Shown here: one piece after another, positions 55,216 to 64,000 of the stretch
Numbering within the stretch: the stretch's first letter is position 1
How the letters are laid out: the number at the start of each line of letters is the position of its first letter
NCBI RefSeq assembly: GCF_041248615.1
Contig: NZ_CP158426.1
Source: Escherichia coli
Lineage (GTDB): Bacteria > Pseudomonadota > Gammaproteobacteria > Enterobacterales > Enterobacteriaceae
Reading direction: 5' to 3' (one strand)
DNA length: 64,000 nucleotides
The notes under the pieces: model-generated
What the model was told of the DNA's origin: nothing
What the model saw: the letters and a program-made list of their open reading frames with translations, nothing else
Database searches by the model: none
Position numbers and translations under genes: made by a program

Positions 55216-55469
55216 CGATTACGATAGTTGAATTTAACGTGCTGAAAGTTATGGCTGAGAAAGATATTGACTGGAGCTGGATGGTGCTGGATCGTACTTT
55301 AGCTATACGAAATATTCCAGGATTTGGCAACGTAGCGAATATCGTAACAAAGCTGGTTAATCATGGGTTGGTTGATATCGTAAATGGTGAGGGCAACTCT
55401 AGACCACGCTACAGAGTTTCTCAATATGGATTGAATCTTATCAAAGAACAACAAGACAACCTCTTCTGA
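55212..55469 (+). CDS. putative cognate immunity protein, copy 1 (85 aa)
   Basis: ATG at 55212 overlaps the toxin stop (ATGA at 55212-55215), implying translational coupling; paralogous to the next ORF. Confidence 0.6.
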   Translation: MTITIVEFNVLKVMAEKDIDWSWMVLDRTLAIRNIPGFGNVANIVTKLVNHGLVDIVNGEGNSRPRYRVSQYGLNLIKEQQDNLF

Positions 55470-55528
55470 TCCAGCCATTACAGGAGCATGATTTACATTG
55501 TGATCTTTCAATAAGATACTCATCAATT

Positions 55529-55789
55529 TTGGTACAGAATATCGTGATCACTAAAAATGAACTTAACGTGCTGAACGTTATGACTGAGAAAGATATAAAC
55601 TGGAACTGGATGAATCTCGATCGCACACTATCCATAAGGCAAATTCCAGGATTCGGGAATGTTGTTAACATTGTTAACAAATTAGCTAACGAAGGTTTGG
55701 TTATTATTGAGGATAGCGGGAATAAGTCTATGCCTCACTACCACGTTAGTGAAAAGGGATACAATCTCGTGCAACGTGAGAATAAATAA
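55529..55789 (+). CDS. putative immunity protein, copy 2 (paralog, 86 aa as drawn)
   Basis: about 60% identical to copy 1 over ~74 aligned residues (by eye), including IPGFGNV.NIV.KL...GLV; begins on TTG (55529) or GTG (55544), no ATG before the conserved core, no obvious SD. Confidence 0.5.
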   Translation: MVQNIVITKNELNVLNVMTEKDINWNWMNLDRTLSIRQIPGFGNVVNIVNKLANEGLVIIEDSGNKSMPHYHVSEKGYNLVQRENK

Positions 55790-55957
55790 CGTAGCGTTGA
55801 TTACTGAACGGAATCACTCAAAACTGTGTTTTGCGAAAAAAACGATTCGGTTATTTCTGCTCCTGAAGATCAGCTTCAATCTGGCACTCATGCAAAATGG
55901 CTTCCAGTGCTGGAAGCCATTATCGTACTGCAATTTACAGTGACTCGTTAATATTCG

Positions 55958-58219
55958 TCATCCCCGACGCAAATTCTGCGCCGCCTGCACCATGTTCGCC
56001 AGTGCCGCGCGGGTTTCTGGCCAGCCGCGCGTTTTCAGGCCACAGTCCGGGTTGACCCACAGACGCTCTGCCGGAATGCGTTTTGCCGCTTTCTTCAGCA
56101 AGGCTTCAATCCATTCTACGCTCGGTACGTTTGGCGAGTGAATGTCATAGACGCCAGGACCGATTTCATTTGGATAATCAAACTCTTCAAACGACTCCAG
56201 CAACTCCATGTCGGAACGCGAGGTTTCGATGGTGATGACGTCTGCGTCCAGCGCCGCAATCGAATCCATGATGTCGTTGAACTCGCAGTAACACATGTGA
56301 GTGTGGATTTGTGTGTCATCTTTCGCCACGGCGGCGTTGATACGGAAAGCCTCCACGCCCCACTGGAGATAGGCATCCCAGTCGCCGCGACGCAGCGGTA
56401 AACCTTCGCGCAGTGCCGGTTCATCAATCTGGATGATGCCAATTCCAGCGGCTTCCAGGTCCGCCACTTCATCACGCAGCGCCAGCGCAATTTGTTTGGC
56501 GATGGTTTCACGGCTGACATCTTCACGCGGGAACGACCAGCAGAGAATAGTCACCGGGCCGGTCAACATCCCTTTCACCGGTTTATCAGTCAGGGATTGC
56601 GCATACTTCGCCCACTCAACGGTAATCGGTGCCGGGCGGCTAACGTCACCAATAACAATCGGTGGCTTCACGCAGCGTGAACCGTAGCTCTGTACCCAAC
56701 CGTTTTGCGTAAAGACAAAACCGTCGAGGTGCTCGCCAAAGTATTCCACCATGTCATTACGCTCGGCCTCGCCATGTACCAGCACATCCAGTCCCAAACG
56801 TTCCTGCTCAACAATGGCCTGCTTGATATGTTCCGCAATGCCCGTGCGGTAGTTATTGGCGTCGAGATTACCCTTTTTAAAATCCAGACGCAGGGTACGA
56901 ATCTCCGTGGTTTGCGGGAAGGAACCAATCGTGGTGGTCGGCCACGCGGGCAGTTTAAAACGCGCACGCTGGGCTTCAGCACGCACTTCATAGACATTCG
57001 CACGCTGACTGTCCTGGGCGGTGATCGCCGCCAGACGCTTTTCTACTGCCGGATTATGAACACGAGTAGAGTGACGACGCGCCTGAATCGGAGCGCTCCA
57101 CTCTGCCAGAGCAGCCGTGTCACCACTGTTCAGCGCATCGCGCAGCAGTGCCAGTTCATGACATTTTTGCAGGGCGAAGGCAAACCAGCTTTTCACTTCT
57201 GCATCAAGACGCGTTTCCACGCTCAGGTCGATGGGGCTGTGCAGCAGTGAGCAGGAAGATGCCACCCACAAATCGCGTTTGCCGACAATGTCCTTAATTT
57301 GCGCATACTTCTCGGTAAGATCGGCGCGCCAGACGTTACGACCATTGATCAGACCCGCAGACAGCAGCCAGTCAGAAGGCAGACGCTTGTGCAGTTCAGC
57401 AACGTCATCTTTACCATGTACAAGATCGACATGCAGACCCTGAACAGGCAGCGCAGTAATCGTGTCGAGATTTGGCGTTACGCCTTCAAAATAGGTGGTC
57501 AGCAGCAGTTTCACCTGTCCCTGGAGCGCGTCGTAAGCGGGTTTGTATGCGTCCAGCCACGCCTGCGGCAGTTCCAGTACCAGCGCGGGTTCATCAATCT
57601 GTACCCACTCAATGCCGCGTTTTGCCAGTTCTGCCAGCACTTGCTGATAAATCGGAAGAATGTCGTTCAGCAGGCTCAGGCGATCAAACTGTTCACCTTT
57701 CACTTTACCCAGCCACAGGTAGGTAACCGGCCCCAGCAGCACAGGTTTCACCTTGTGGCCCAGCGCCAGCGCCTCGTCCACTTCGTCCAGCAGCTGCGTC
57801 CAGGTCAGTTTGAACTGTTGGCCTTTAACGAATTCCGGCACCATGTAGTGATAGTTGGTATTAAACCATTTGGTCATTTCCGCTGCCGCCGCAGGTTCGC
57901 CAGTCGGCGCACGTCCACGACCAATACGGAACAGGGTGTCGATATCTACCGAACCATCTTTGTTCTGATGACGCGCCGGAACGTTACCCAGCAGCAGACT
58001 GGTGGTCAGTACATGATCGTACCAGGCAAAATCGCCCACCGGCAGCAGGTCGATACCCGCTTGCTTTTGTTGATCCCAGTGACGAGCACGCAATTCACGC
58101 CCTACCGCCAGCAGTTCTTCACGCGTGGAGTTCCCCGCCCAATAACTCTCTTGCGCTTTTTTCAGCTCGCGACGCAGGCCAACGCGAGGGAAACCGAGGG
58201 TGTGATTAAGAATTGTCAT
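55958..58219 (-). CDS. metE: cobalamin-independent methionine synthase
   Basis: 753-aa ORF starting [29 protein letters not shown]. Confidence 0.97.
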   Translation of the reverse strand: MTILNHTLGFPRVGLRRELKKAQESYWAGNSTREELLAVGRELRARHWDQQKQAGIDLLPVGDFAWYDHVLTTSLLLGNVPARHQNKDGSVDIDTLFRIGRGRAPTGEPAAAAEMTKWFNTNYHYMVPEFVKGQQFKLTWTQLLDEVDEALALGHKVKPVLLGPVTYLWLGKVKGEQFDRLSLLNDILPIYQQVLAELAKRGIEWVQIDEPALVLELPQAWLDAYKPAYDALQGQVKLLLTTYFEGVTPNLDTITALPVQGLHVDLVHGKDDVAELHKRLPSDWLLSAGLINGRNVWRADLTEKYAQIKDIVGKRDLWVASSCSLLHSPIDLSVETRLDAEVKSWFAFALQKCHELALLRDALNSGDTAALAEWSAPIQARRHSTRVHNPAVEKRLAAITAQDSQRANVYEVRAEAQRARFKLPAWPTTTIGSFPQTTEIRTLRLDFKKGNLDANNYRTGIAEHIKQAIVEQERLGLDVLVHGEAERNDMVEYFGEHLDGFVFTQNGWVQSYGSRCVKPPIVIGDVSRPAPITVEWAKYAQSLTDKPVKGMLTGPVTILCWSFPREDVSRETIAKQIALALRDEVADLEAAGIGIIQIDEPALREGLPLRRGDWDAYLQWGVEAFRINAAVAKDDTQIHTHMCYCEFNDIMDSIAALDADVITIETSRSDMELLESFEEFDYPNEIGPGVYDIHSPNVPSVEWIEALLKKAAKRIPAERLWVNPDCGLKTRGWPETRAALANMVQAAQNLRRG

Positions 58220-58324
58220 TATATGCCCCTTATGGAATTTTTAGTATTTAGCCGTCCAGATGTTTACACATCCATAATTGGCGGTTACTGTATATTCCTC
58301 AAGCGCAAATTATTCATGCCGAAG

Positions 58325-58337
58325 TGAAGGACTTTCA
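58325..58337. promoter_or_regulatory. MetR binding site in the metE/metR divergent region
   Basis: tgaaggactttca matches TGAA-N5-TTCA; overlaps the metR start codon. Confidence 0.55.
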
Positions 58338-59290
58338 TGATCGAAGTAAAACATCTGAAAACGCTACAAGCGTTGCGGAACTGCGGCTCGCTCGCAGCCG
58401 CTGCGGCGACGTTGCATCAGACGCAATCCGCCCTGTCTCACCAGTTTAGCGATCTGGAACAACGCCTTGGCTTCCGGCTATTTGTGCGTAAGAGCCAGCC
58501 GCTTCGCTTTACACCGCAGGGAGAAATCCTGTTGCAACTGGCAAACCAGGTGCTGCCACAAATTAGCCAGGCACTGCAAGCCTGCAATGAACCGCAGCAG
58601 ACGCGTCTGCGCATCGCCATTGAGTGCCATAGCTGTATTCAGTGGCTGACGCCCGCGTTAGAAAATTTCCATAAGAACTGGCCGCAGGTCGAGATGGACT
58701 TTAAATCGGGCGTGACGTTTGACCCGCAGCCTGCGTTGCAACAGGGCGAGCTGGATCTGGTGATGACGTCAGATATTCTGCCGCGCAGTGGCCTGCATTA
58801 TTCGCCGATGTTCGATTATGAAGTGCGTCTGGTGTTGGCACCTGACCATCCGCTGGCGGCAAAAACGCGTATTACACCGGAAGATCTCGCCAGCGAGACG
58901 CTGTTGATTTATCCGGTGCAGCGTAGCCGACTGGATGTCTGGCGGCATTTTCTTCAGCCGGCAGGCGTCAGCCCGTCACTGAAAAGCGTCGATAACACCT
59001 TATTGTTGATTCAGATGGTTGCCGCGCGGATGGGTATTGCCGCCCTGCCGCATTGGGTAGTAGAGAGTTTTGAGCGCCAGGGTCTGGTGGTGACCAAAAC
59101 CCTGGGCGAAGGCTTGTGGAGCCGACTGTACGCCGCCGTGCGCGATGGCGAGCAGCGTCAGCCGATTACTGAAGCGTTTATTCGCTCAGCGCGCAATCAC
59201 GCCTGCGATCATCTGCCGTTTGTGAAGAGCGCGGAGCGACCCACTTACGATGCACCCACAGTGAGGCCAGGATCACCAGCGCGCCTGTAA
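58337..59290 (+). CDS. metR: LysR-family transcriptional activator MetR
   Basis: 317-aa ORF starting [37 protein letters not shown]. Confidence 0.95.
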   Translation: MIEVKHLKTLQALRNCGSLAAAAATLHQTQSALSHQFSDLEQRLGFRLFVRKSQPLRFTPQGEILLQLANQVLPQISQALQACNEPQQTRLRIAIECHSCIQWLTPALENFHKNWPQVEMDFKSGVTFDPQPALQQGELDLVMTSDILPRSGLHYSPMFDYEVRLVLAPDHPLAAKTRITPEDLASETLLIYPVQRSRLDVWRHFLQPAGVSPSLKSVDNTLLLIQMVAARMGIAALPHWVVESFERQGLVVTKTLGEGLWSRLYAAVRDGEQRQPITEAFIRSARNHACDHLPFVKSAERPTYDAPTVRPGSPARL

Positions 59291-60077
59291 TGAACGTTGG
59301 CCAGTGCGGCTGTTGGTGCCAGATAGCCAGGTTTACCAGCAGCCCTGCCGGAACGTGCATATTATTCATAATACCCAGCGTTCCGGCGTCTACTTGGGTT
59401 GCGCCGTAGTTCCACATAAAGTAGCCAATCCCGGAAGCCACCACGCCAAGAAACACCAGAATGCCCCATTGCAACGTGGTTTGTGGCATTTTCTGCGCAT
59501 TTCCCAGCAAGAACCATGCAATCACCGCCACCAGGAACGCGCCAAGATAGAACCACGCAAAGGCGTTATGCTGCGGCATCGGGCGAGTTTCCATCAGACG
59601 TTTGTAACCCACCATGCCGATGGCAAAAGTGATATTGGAGAGCTGCACCAGCAGCAGGCCAATCCAGAAGTGGTCGGTGACCTGATCATAGCGAATAATC
59701 CCGGCACCAATCACCGCCAACAAGGCGCTAAAAGCATAGCCCCAGCGCAGACGGCGCTTACTCATGATGTCATAAATCAACGTAATGTAGAGCGGCGTCA
59801 GTACGGTGAACAGCAACAATTCGGAGACCGTCAGGTAGAGATAGGCGCGAAAACTCAGCATATACATCACGCCGAGCTGCATCGCGCCCACCAGCATATA
59901 CAGGCCGACCGTTTTCAGGCTATTGCCACGGGTACGCAGAAACGGCAGAAAAACGAGTGCCGCCAGGCCAACGCGCACCAGCACCGCAAAATAGCTATCG
60001 ACGTGCCCCGCAAGGTACTCGCCATAAAAGCTAAAGGAGAAGGCCCACAGAATCGTGGTGATGATAAGTAGCGCCAC
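59178..60077 (-). CDS. yigM: EamA/DMT-family transporter (biotin uptake, BioP)
   Basis: 299-aa multi-TM ORF; 3' end overlaps the metR 3' end by 113 bp on the opposite strand. Confidence 0.85.
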   Translation of the reverse strand: MALLIITTILWAFSFSFYGEYLAGHVDSYFAVLVRVGLAALVFLPFLRTRGNSLKTVGLYMLVGAMQLGVMYMLSFRAYLYLTVSELLLFTVLTPLYITLIYDIMSKRRLRWGYAFSALLAVIGAGIIRYDQVTDHFWIGLLLVQLSNITFAIGMVGYKRLMETRPMPQHNAFAWFYLGAFLVAVIAWFLLGNAQKMPQTTLQWGILVFLGVVASGIGYFMWNYGATQVDAGTLGIMNNMHVPAGLLVNLAIWHQQPHWPTFITGALVILASLWVHRKWVAPRSSQTADDRRRDCALSE

Positions 60078-60152
60078 AATGGAAAACTCTTTGATTAACG
60101 AGTATCCATTGTAGCGAAGTATCAGGTTGACAACTGGCCAAATAAAGAACGA

Positions 60153-60953
60153 TTACGATAAATAGAGCTTACGCAGATAATGCGGCACCGCGTCGTCGGC
60201 ATTAGTACCAATCACTTCCAGCTCCGGATGCAGATCTTTCAGACGCTGGTGCGCACTGCCCATAATGCAGCCTTTCCCCGCCATCGACAGCATTTCGGCG
60301 TCGTTCATCCCGTCACCAAACGCAATACAATCCTTCAGGCTGTAGCCCAGTTTCTTCGCCACTGCTTCCAACGCATGGCCTTTCGACACGCCGCCCGCCA
60401 TCACTTCCAGACAGGTTAAGGTAGAGAAACTGACGTTGACGCGATCGCCCCAGCGAGCGTTAATCGCCTGCTCCAGCGGCAGCAGTTGTTCATGGGAATC
60501 GCAGGTGAAGAACACTTTGCTGACGCCTTCCGGCTCCAGTAATCCAGGCTCATACAGCGCATATTTGAACACCGCTTCTTTAAAAAAGCGCATCTCTTCC
60601 GGGCGATGGCGATTCATAAACCATTCGTCGTCGCGATAAACGTTAGTAATGATGTCCGGATTGTCGTTGACTACGCCAAACAGATCGCTGGCAATGTCGC
60701 GATCCAGGTTATGAGCAAAAATCAGATTGCCATCCAGATCGTGAACGCGCGCGCCATTGGAGGTAATCATGTAAGACTTAATCTCCAGATTATCGCGAAT
60801 TTGCCCCACATCAACGTGGTGACGACCGGTCGCAAACACAAAGTTGATGCCGCGCGCGGTGAGCAGCTTCAGAGTTTCTTTGGCGTAAGGGGATAACGTA
60901 TGGTCGGGAGAAAGTAACGTGCCATCTAAATCAGACGCAACAACCTGGTACAT
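60153..60953 (-). CDS. yigL: HAD-family (Cof-like) sugar phosphatase YigL
   Basis: ORF track 60153..61079; ATG (cat 60951-60953) gives MYQVVASDLDGTLL; 266 aa. Confidence 0.88.
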   Translation of the reverse strand: MYQVVASDLDGTLLSPDHTLSPYAKETLKLLTARGINFVFATGRHHVDVGQIRDNLEIKSYMITSNGARVHDLDGNLIFAHNLDRDIASDLFGVVNDNPDIITNVYRDDEWFMNRHRPEEMRFFKEAVFKYALYEPGLLEPEGVSKVFFTCDSHEQLLPLEQAINARWGDRVNVSFSTLTCLEVMAGGVSKGHALEAVAKKLGYSLKDCIAFGDGMNDAEMLSMAGKGCIMGSAHQRLKDLHPELEVIGTNADDAVPHYLRKLYLS

Positions 60954-60960
60954 AAGAAAT

Positions 60961-61983
60961 TTAAACCTCTGTAGAGCGGTTTCCGCTGGGTGAGTTATGC
61001 CTGTTGAAAAAATCAACGATGGCGTGGAGCGCGACTGAGCGCATTGCGTCCTTTTCAAAAAGGATCTCATGGTACGCACCTTTAATTACCAACGGCCGTC
61101 CTCCTTCGACAGGATGGCCCGCAGCGGTGCGGAGTTCACAAAAACGGTCATGCATGCGGTTATCCACCACGCGTTCCTCTTCAGCTTGTAAGAGAAGCGT
61201 TGGCGTGGTGTCATCACCCGCACCGGCTAACACCTGTTCGCCAGCCAGAATACTTTCGCGTACCCAATGGTAGGTCGGCCCACCGACGCGAATCGTTGGG
61301 TCATCAGCATAAAAGCGTAAGTTACGTCGATATCGCTGTCTGCTGTGGGTCAGTACGTTGATAGCAAACGGCAACGCGCGCCAGCGCCCGGTGCCTATTG
61401 CATAGCCATCACGGAAACGTGGATGCGCTTCGGCCCAGTTGAGGATCTGCCGTGCCATAAATGACGGCATACGAATCACGATCCCAAACATTGGCGCAGT
61501 TAGCGCAATGGCGTCACATACACCTGGATGGCGTTGCAGAAATAATGTGGAGATCGCACCGCCCATCGAATGTGCCAGTATATAACGTTTACGCCACGGA
61601 CCGGGCTGAACTTCCTGTTGCCAGAATGCCGCCAGATCATCAACATAATCATTAAAGCGATTAACATGCCCGAGATGCGGATCGGCTAACAGGCGACCGG
61701 AACGTCCCTGCCCGCGATGGTCGATGATTAAGACATCAAACCCCAAATGGAACAGGTCGTAGGCCAGTTCCGCATATTTTACGTAGCTCTCAATACGCCC
61801 CGGGCAGATGACTACCACCCGGTCATGGTGCTGTGCGCGAAAACGGACAAAGCGCACCGGAATGTCATCCACACCAGTAAACTCTGCTTCATCTCGCTGA
61901 CGCCAGAAATCAGTCAGCGATCCCATGGTAAAAGCAGCAAACGCGTTTTCTCTTGTTTCCCAGTCTTTTTGCTGCTGAAACAT
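60961..61983 (-). CDS. pldB: lysophospholipase L2
   Basis: 340-aa ORF; alpha/beta hydrolase with HSMGG nucleophile elbow. Confidence 0.93.
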   Translation of the reverse strand: MFQQQKDWETRENAFAAFTMGSLTDFWRQRDEAEFTGVDDIPVRFVRFRAQHHDRVVVICPGRIESYVKYAELAYDLFHLGFDVLIIDHRGQGRSGRLLADPHLGHVNRFNDYVDDLAAFWQQEVQPGPWRKRYILAHSMGGAISTLFLQRHPGVCDAIALTAPMFGIVIRMPSFMARQILNWAEAHPRFRDGYAIGTGRWRALPFAINVLTHSRQRYRRNLRFYADDPTIRVGGPTYHWVRESILAGEQVLAGAGDDTTPTLLLQAEEERVVDNRMHDRFCELRTAAGHPVEGGRPLVIKGAYHEILFEKDAMRSVALHAIVDFFNRHNSPSGNRSTEV

Positions 61984-62093
61984 CGGGTAATCTGCCTCTT
62001 AAACCACGTAAAATCGTTTTTTTAAGCGTGCCTGACACAACGCTGCGACAGTAGCGTATTGTGGCACAAAAATAGACACACCGGGAGTTCATC

Positions 62094-62714
62094 ATGACCT
62101 TAGAATGGTGGTTTGCCTACCTGCTGACATCGATCATTTTAAGCCTGTCGCCAGGCTCTGGCGCAATCAACACCATGACCACCTCGCTCAACCATGGTTA
62201 TCGCGGCGCGGTGGCGTCTATTGCTGGGCTTCAGACCGGACTGGCGATTCATATTGTGCTGGTTGGCGTGGGTTTAGGGACGCTATTTTCCCGCTCAGTG
62301 ATTGCGTTTGAAGTGTTGAAGTGGGCGGGCGCAGCTTATCTGATTTGGCTTGGGATTCAGCAGTGGCGCGCCGCTGGCGCAATTGATCTTAAATCGCTGG
62401 CCTCTACTCAATCGCGTCGACATTTGTTCCAGCGCGCAGTTTTTGTGAATCTCACCAATCCCAAAAGTATTGTGTTTCTGGCGGCGCTATTTCCGCAATT
62501 CATCATGCCGCAACAGCCGCAGCTGATGCAGTATATCGTGCTCGGCGTCACGACTATTGTGGTCGATATTATTGTGATGATCGGTTACGCCACCCTTGCT
62601 CAACGGATTGCTCTATGGATTAAAGGACCAAAGCAGATGAAGGCGCTGAATAAGATTTTCGGCTCGTTGTTTATGCTGGTGGGAGCGCTGTTAGCATCGG
62701 CGAGGCATGCGTGA
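62094..62714 (+). CDS. rhtB: homoserine/homoserine lactone efflux protein (LysE family)
   Basis: 206-aa ORF starting [27 protein letters not shown]. Confidence 0.93.
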
Positions 62715-62722
62715 AAAATAAT

Positions 62723-62752
62723 GTCGGATGCGGCGTAAACGCCTTATCCGAC
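62723..62752. repeat. REP unit between rhtB and rhtC
   Basis: gtcggatgcggcgtaaacgccttatccgac. Confidence 0.7.
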
Positions 62753-62775
62753 TTACTCTGATGACGCGTCTGGCA

Positions 62776-63396
62776 TCAACGCGAAATAATCAAATGAATG
62801 CCAAATCCGGCAAATAACGCCCCGGCAAAACCATCAATCCACTTCGCCAGACGTTGATAACCACGGCGCATTTGCGGCAGGGCAAACAGGCTGGCAACGA
62901 CGGTAAACCACGCCAGTGTTTCGATAATAATCAACGCGAAAATGCCCCAGCGCTCAGTGGTGCCGACGTTATCGCCGACAAACAGCGAGAATACCGAACC
63001 AAAGTAGATAATCGCTTTCGGATTGGCGAGATTGGTCAGTAAGCCTTTCAGGAAACTGCGTCCGCTTTTTGCCAGTTCTACCTGTGGCGCAGGCGCAGAA
63101 ACGACCTCTTTTTTCAGTGCGCTACGCAGCATCTGATAACCCATCCAGCAGAGATACAGGCCACCGCCCACCATAATCAGTGTATGCAGCCAGGCCATTT
63201 TTTCGATAATCAAATGCAGGCCAAGCAACGCAATCCCAGCCCAAACCATTACGCCGCAGGTAATGCCCAGCACGCCCATCATCGCTTCTTTACGGGAACG
63301 ACTGACAGCGGTCTGAGAGACAAAAAAGAAATCGGGACCGGGGCTCATAAGCGCCACAATGTGCACCATGGCGACGGTGAGGAATAACATCAACAT
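62776..63396 (-). CDS. rhtC: threonine efflux protein (LysE family)
   Basis: 206-aa ORF starting MLMLFLTVAMVHIVALMSPGPDFFFV. Confidence 0.93.
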   Translation of the reverse strand: MLMLFLTVAMVHIVALMSPGPDFFFVSQTAVSRSRKEAMMGVLGITCGVMVWAGIALLGLHLIIEKMAWLHTLIMVGGGLYLCWMGYQMLRSALKKEVVSAPAPQVELAKSGRSFLKGLLTNLANPKAIIYFGSVFSLFVGDNVGTTERWGIFALIIIETLAWFTVVASLFALPQMRRGYQRLAKWIDGFAGALFAGFGIHLIISR

Positions 63397-63459
63397 ACAT
63401 TAGACTCGCGGGGGAAACGTTTACGGAGTCTTCATCCTGGCACTTTTTTATCCTGCTGA

Positions 63460-64000
63460 CTACTCTTCGTCATCGCCATCAACATGTGCACGAATCAGCG
63501 CCATAAACGGTTTGCCAAAGCGTTCCAGCTTGCGCATCCCAACGCCGTTAACGCTGAGCATTTCGCTGGCAGTGATCGGCATCTGTTCCGCCATCTCAAT
63601 CAAGGTTGCGTCGTTAAACACCACGTACGGCGGGACATTGCTTTCATCGGCAATCGATTTACGCAGTTTGCGTAATTTGGCGAACAGTTTGCGATCGTAG
63701 TTGCCGCCGAAGGATTTCTGCATCGCTTTCGGTTTGAGCGCCACGATACGTGGCACGGCAAGTTGCAAAGAGGATTCGCCGCGCAGCACCGGACGCGCAG
63801 CCTCTGTCAGTTGTAGGGCAGAATGCTGGGCAATATTTTGCGTCACCAGGCCGAGGTGAATCAGCTGGCGGATCACGCTCACCCAATGTTCATGGCTTTT
63901 ATCACGGCCCATGCCATAGACTTTCAGTTTGTCATGACCATAGTCGCGGATACGCTGGTTATTAGCGCCACGAATCACTTCCACCACATAACCCATCCCA
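63460..64000 (-). CDS. recQ: ATP-dependent DNA helicase RecQ, C-terminal part (5' end beyond window)
   Basis: ORF open to the window edge; C-terminal HRDC-like region ending ...RAHVDGDDEE. Confidence 0.88.
   Translation of the reverse strand, partial: GMGYVVEVIRGANNQRIRDYGHDKLKVYGMGRDKSHEHWVSVIRQLIHLGLVTQNIAQHSALQLTEAARPVLRGESSLQLAVPRIVALKPKAMQKSFGGNYDRKLFAKLRKLRKSIADESNVPPYVVFNDATLIEMAEQMPITASEMLSVNGVGMRKLERFGKPFMALIRAHVDGDDEE

Larger units (their letters stand above)
53691..55957. other. AT-rich accessory island inserted between the convergent 3' ends of ysgA and metE (Hcp-ET toxin plus two putative immunity genes)
   Basis: visibly AT-rich relative to both flanks (judged by eye, not computed); three co-directional genes not part of the K-12 gene order as I recall it; about 390-bp AT-rich leader upstream of the first gene. 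Confidence 0.75.

Noticed and set aside
55707-55943. 78-aa ORF between the second immunity paralog and metE
   Set aside because: No SD; hydrophobic low-complexity translation; the region more plausibly holds the metE terminator hairpin (ggcttccagtgctggaagcc, about 55890-55912).
57299-58327. 342-aa ORF antisense to metE
   Set aside because: Shadow ORF.
59304-60071. 255-aa ORF antisense to yigM
   Set aside because: Shadow ORF; yigM is the conserved membrane protein gene here.

Overview
This window reads as an Escherichia coli chromosomal segment, collinear with the K-12 yihQ-to-recQ region but in the opposite orientation to K-12 numbering; all identifications are from reading the sequence and recalling known E. 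coli genes, with no database search run. Most of it is conserved core: the edge of the sulfoquinovose cluster (yihQ, yihP, yihO) with ompL, yihN, yihM, yihL; typA; glnA-glnL-glnG; yshB; hemN; yihI; csrC; engB; spf; polA; yihG; yihF; dsbA; srkA; yihD; mobAB; a complete rrnA operon; hemG; trkH; yigZ; pepQ; fadBA; fre; ubiD; rfaH; tatABCD; ubiB-ubiJ-ubiE; rmuC; udp; ysgA; metE; metR; yigM; yigL; pldB; rhtB; rhtC; and the 3' end of recQ. Two accessory insertions stand out. The first is a 1432-bp IS3-family insertion sequence (27096-28527) sitting inside a REP element between mobB and the 5S rRNA gene, with a 4-bp target duplication. The second, and the main candidate for a novel system, is an AT-rich island of about 2.3 kb (53691-55957) between the convergent 3' ends of ysgA and metE. 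It encodes an Hcp (T6SS tube protein) domain fused to a C-terminal extension of about 210 aa that I cannot assign to a family, followed by two tandem paralogous small ORFs that look like immunity genes. No T6SS structural genes, CRISPR array, prophage or integrase are present in the window.
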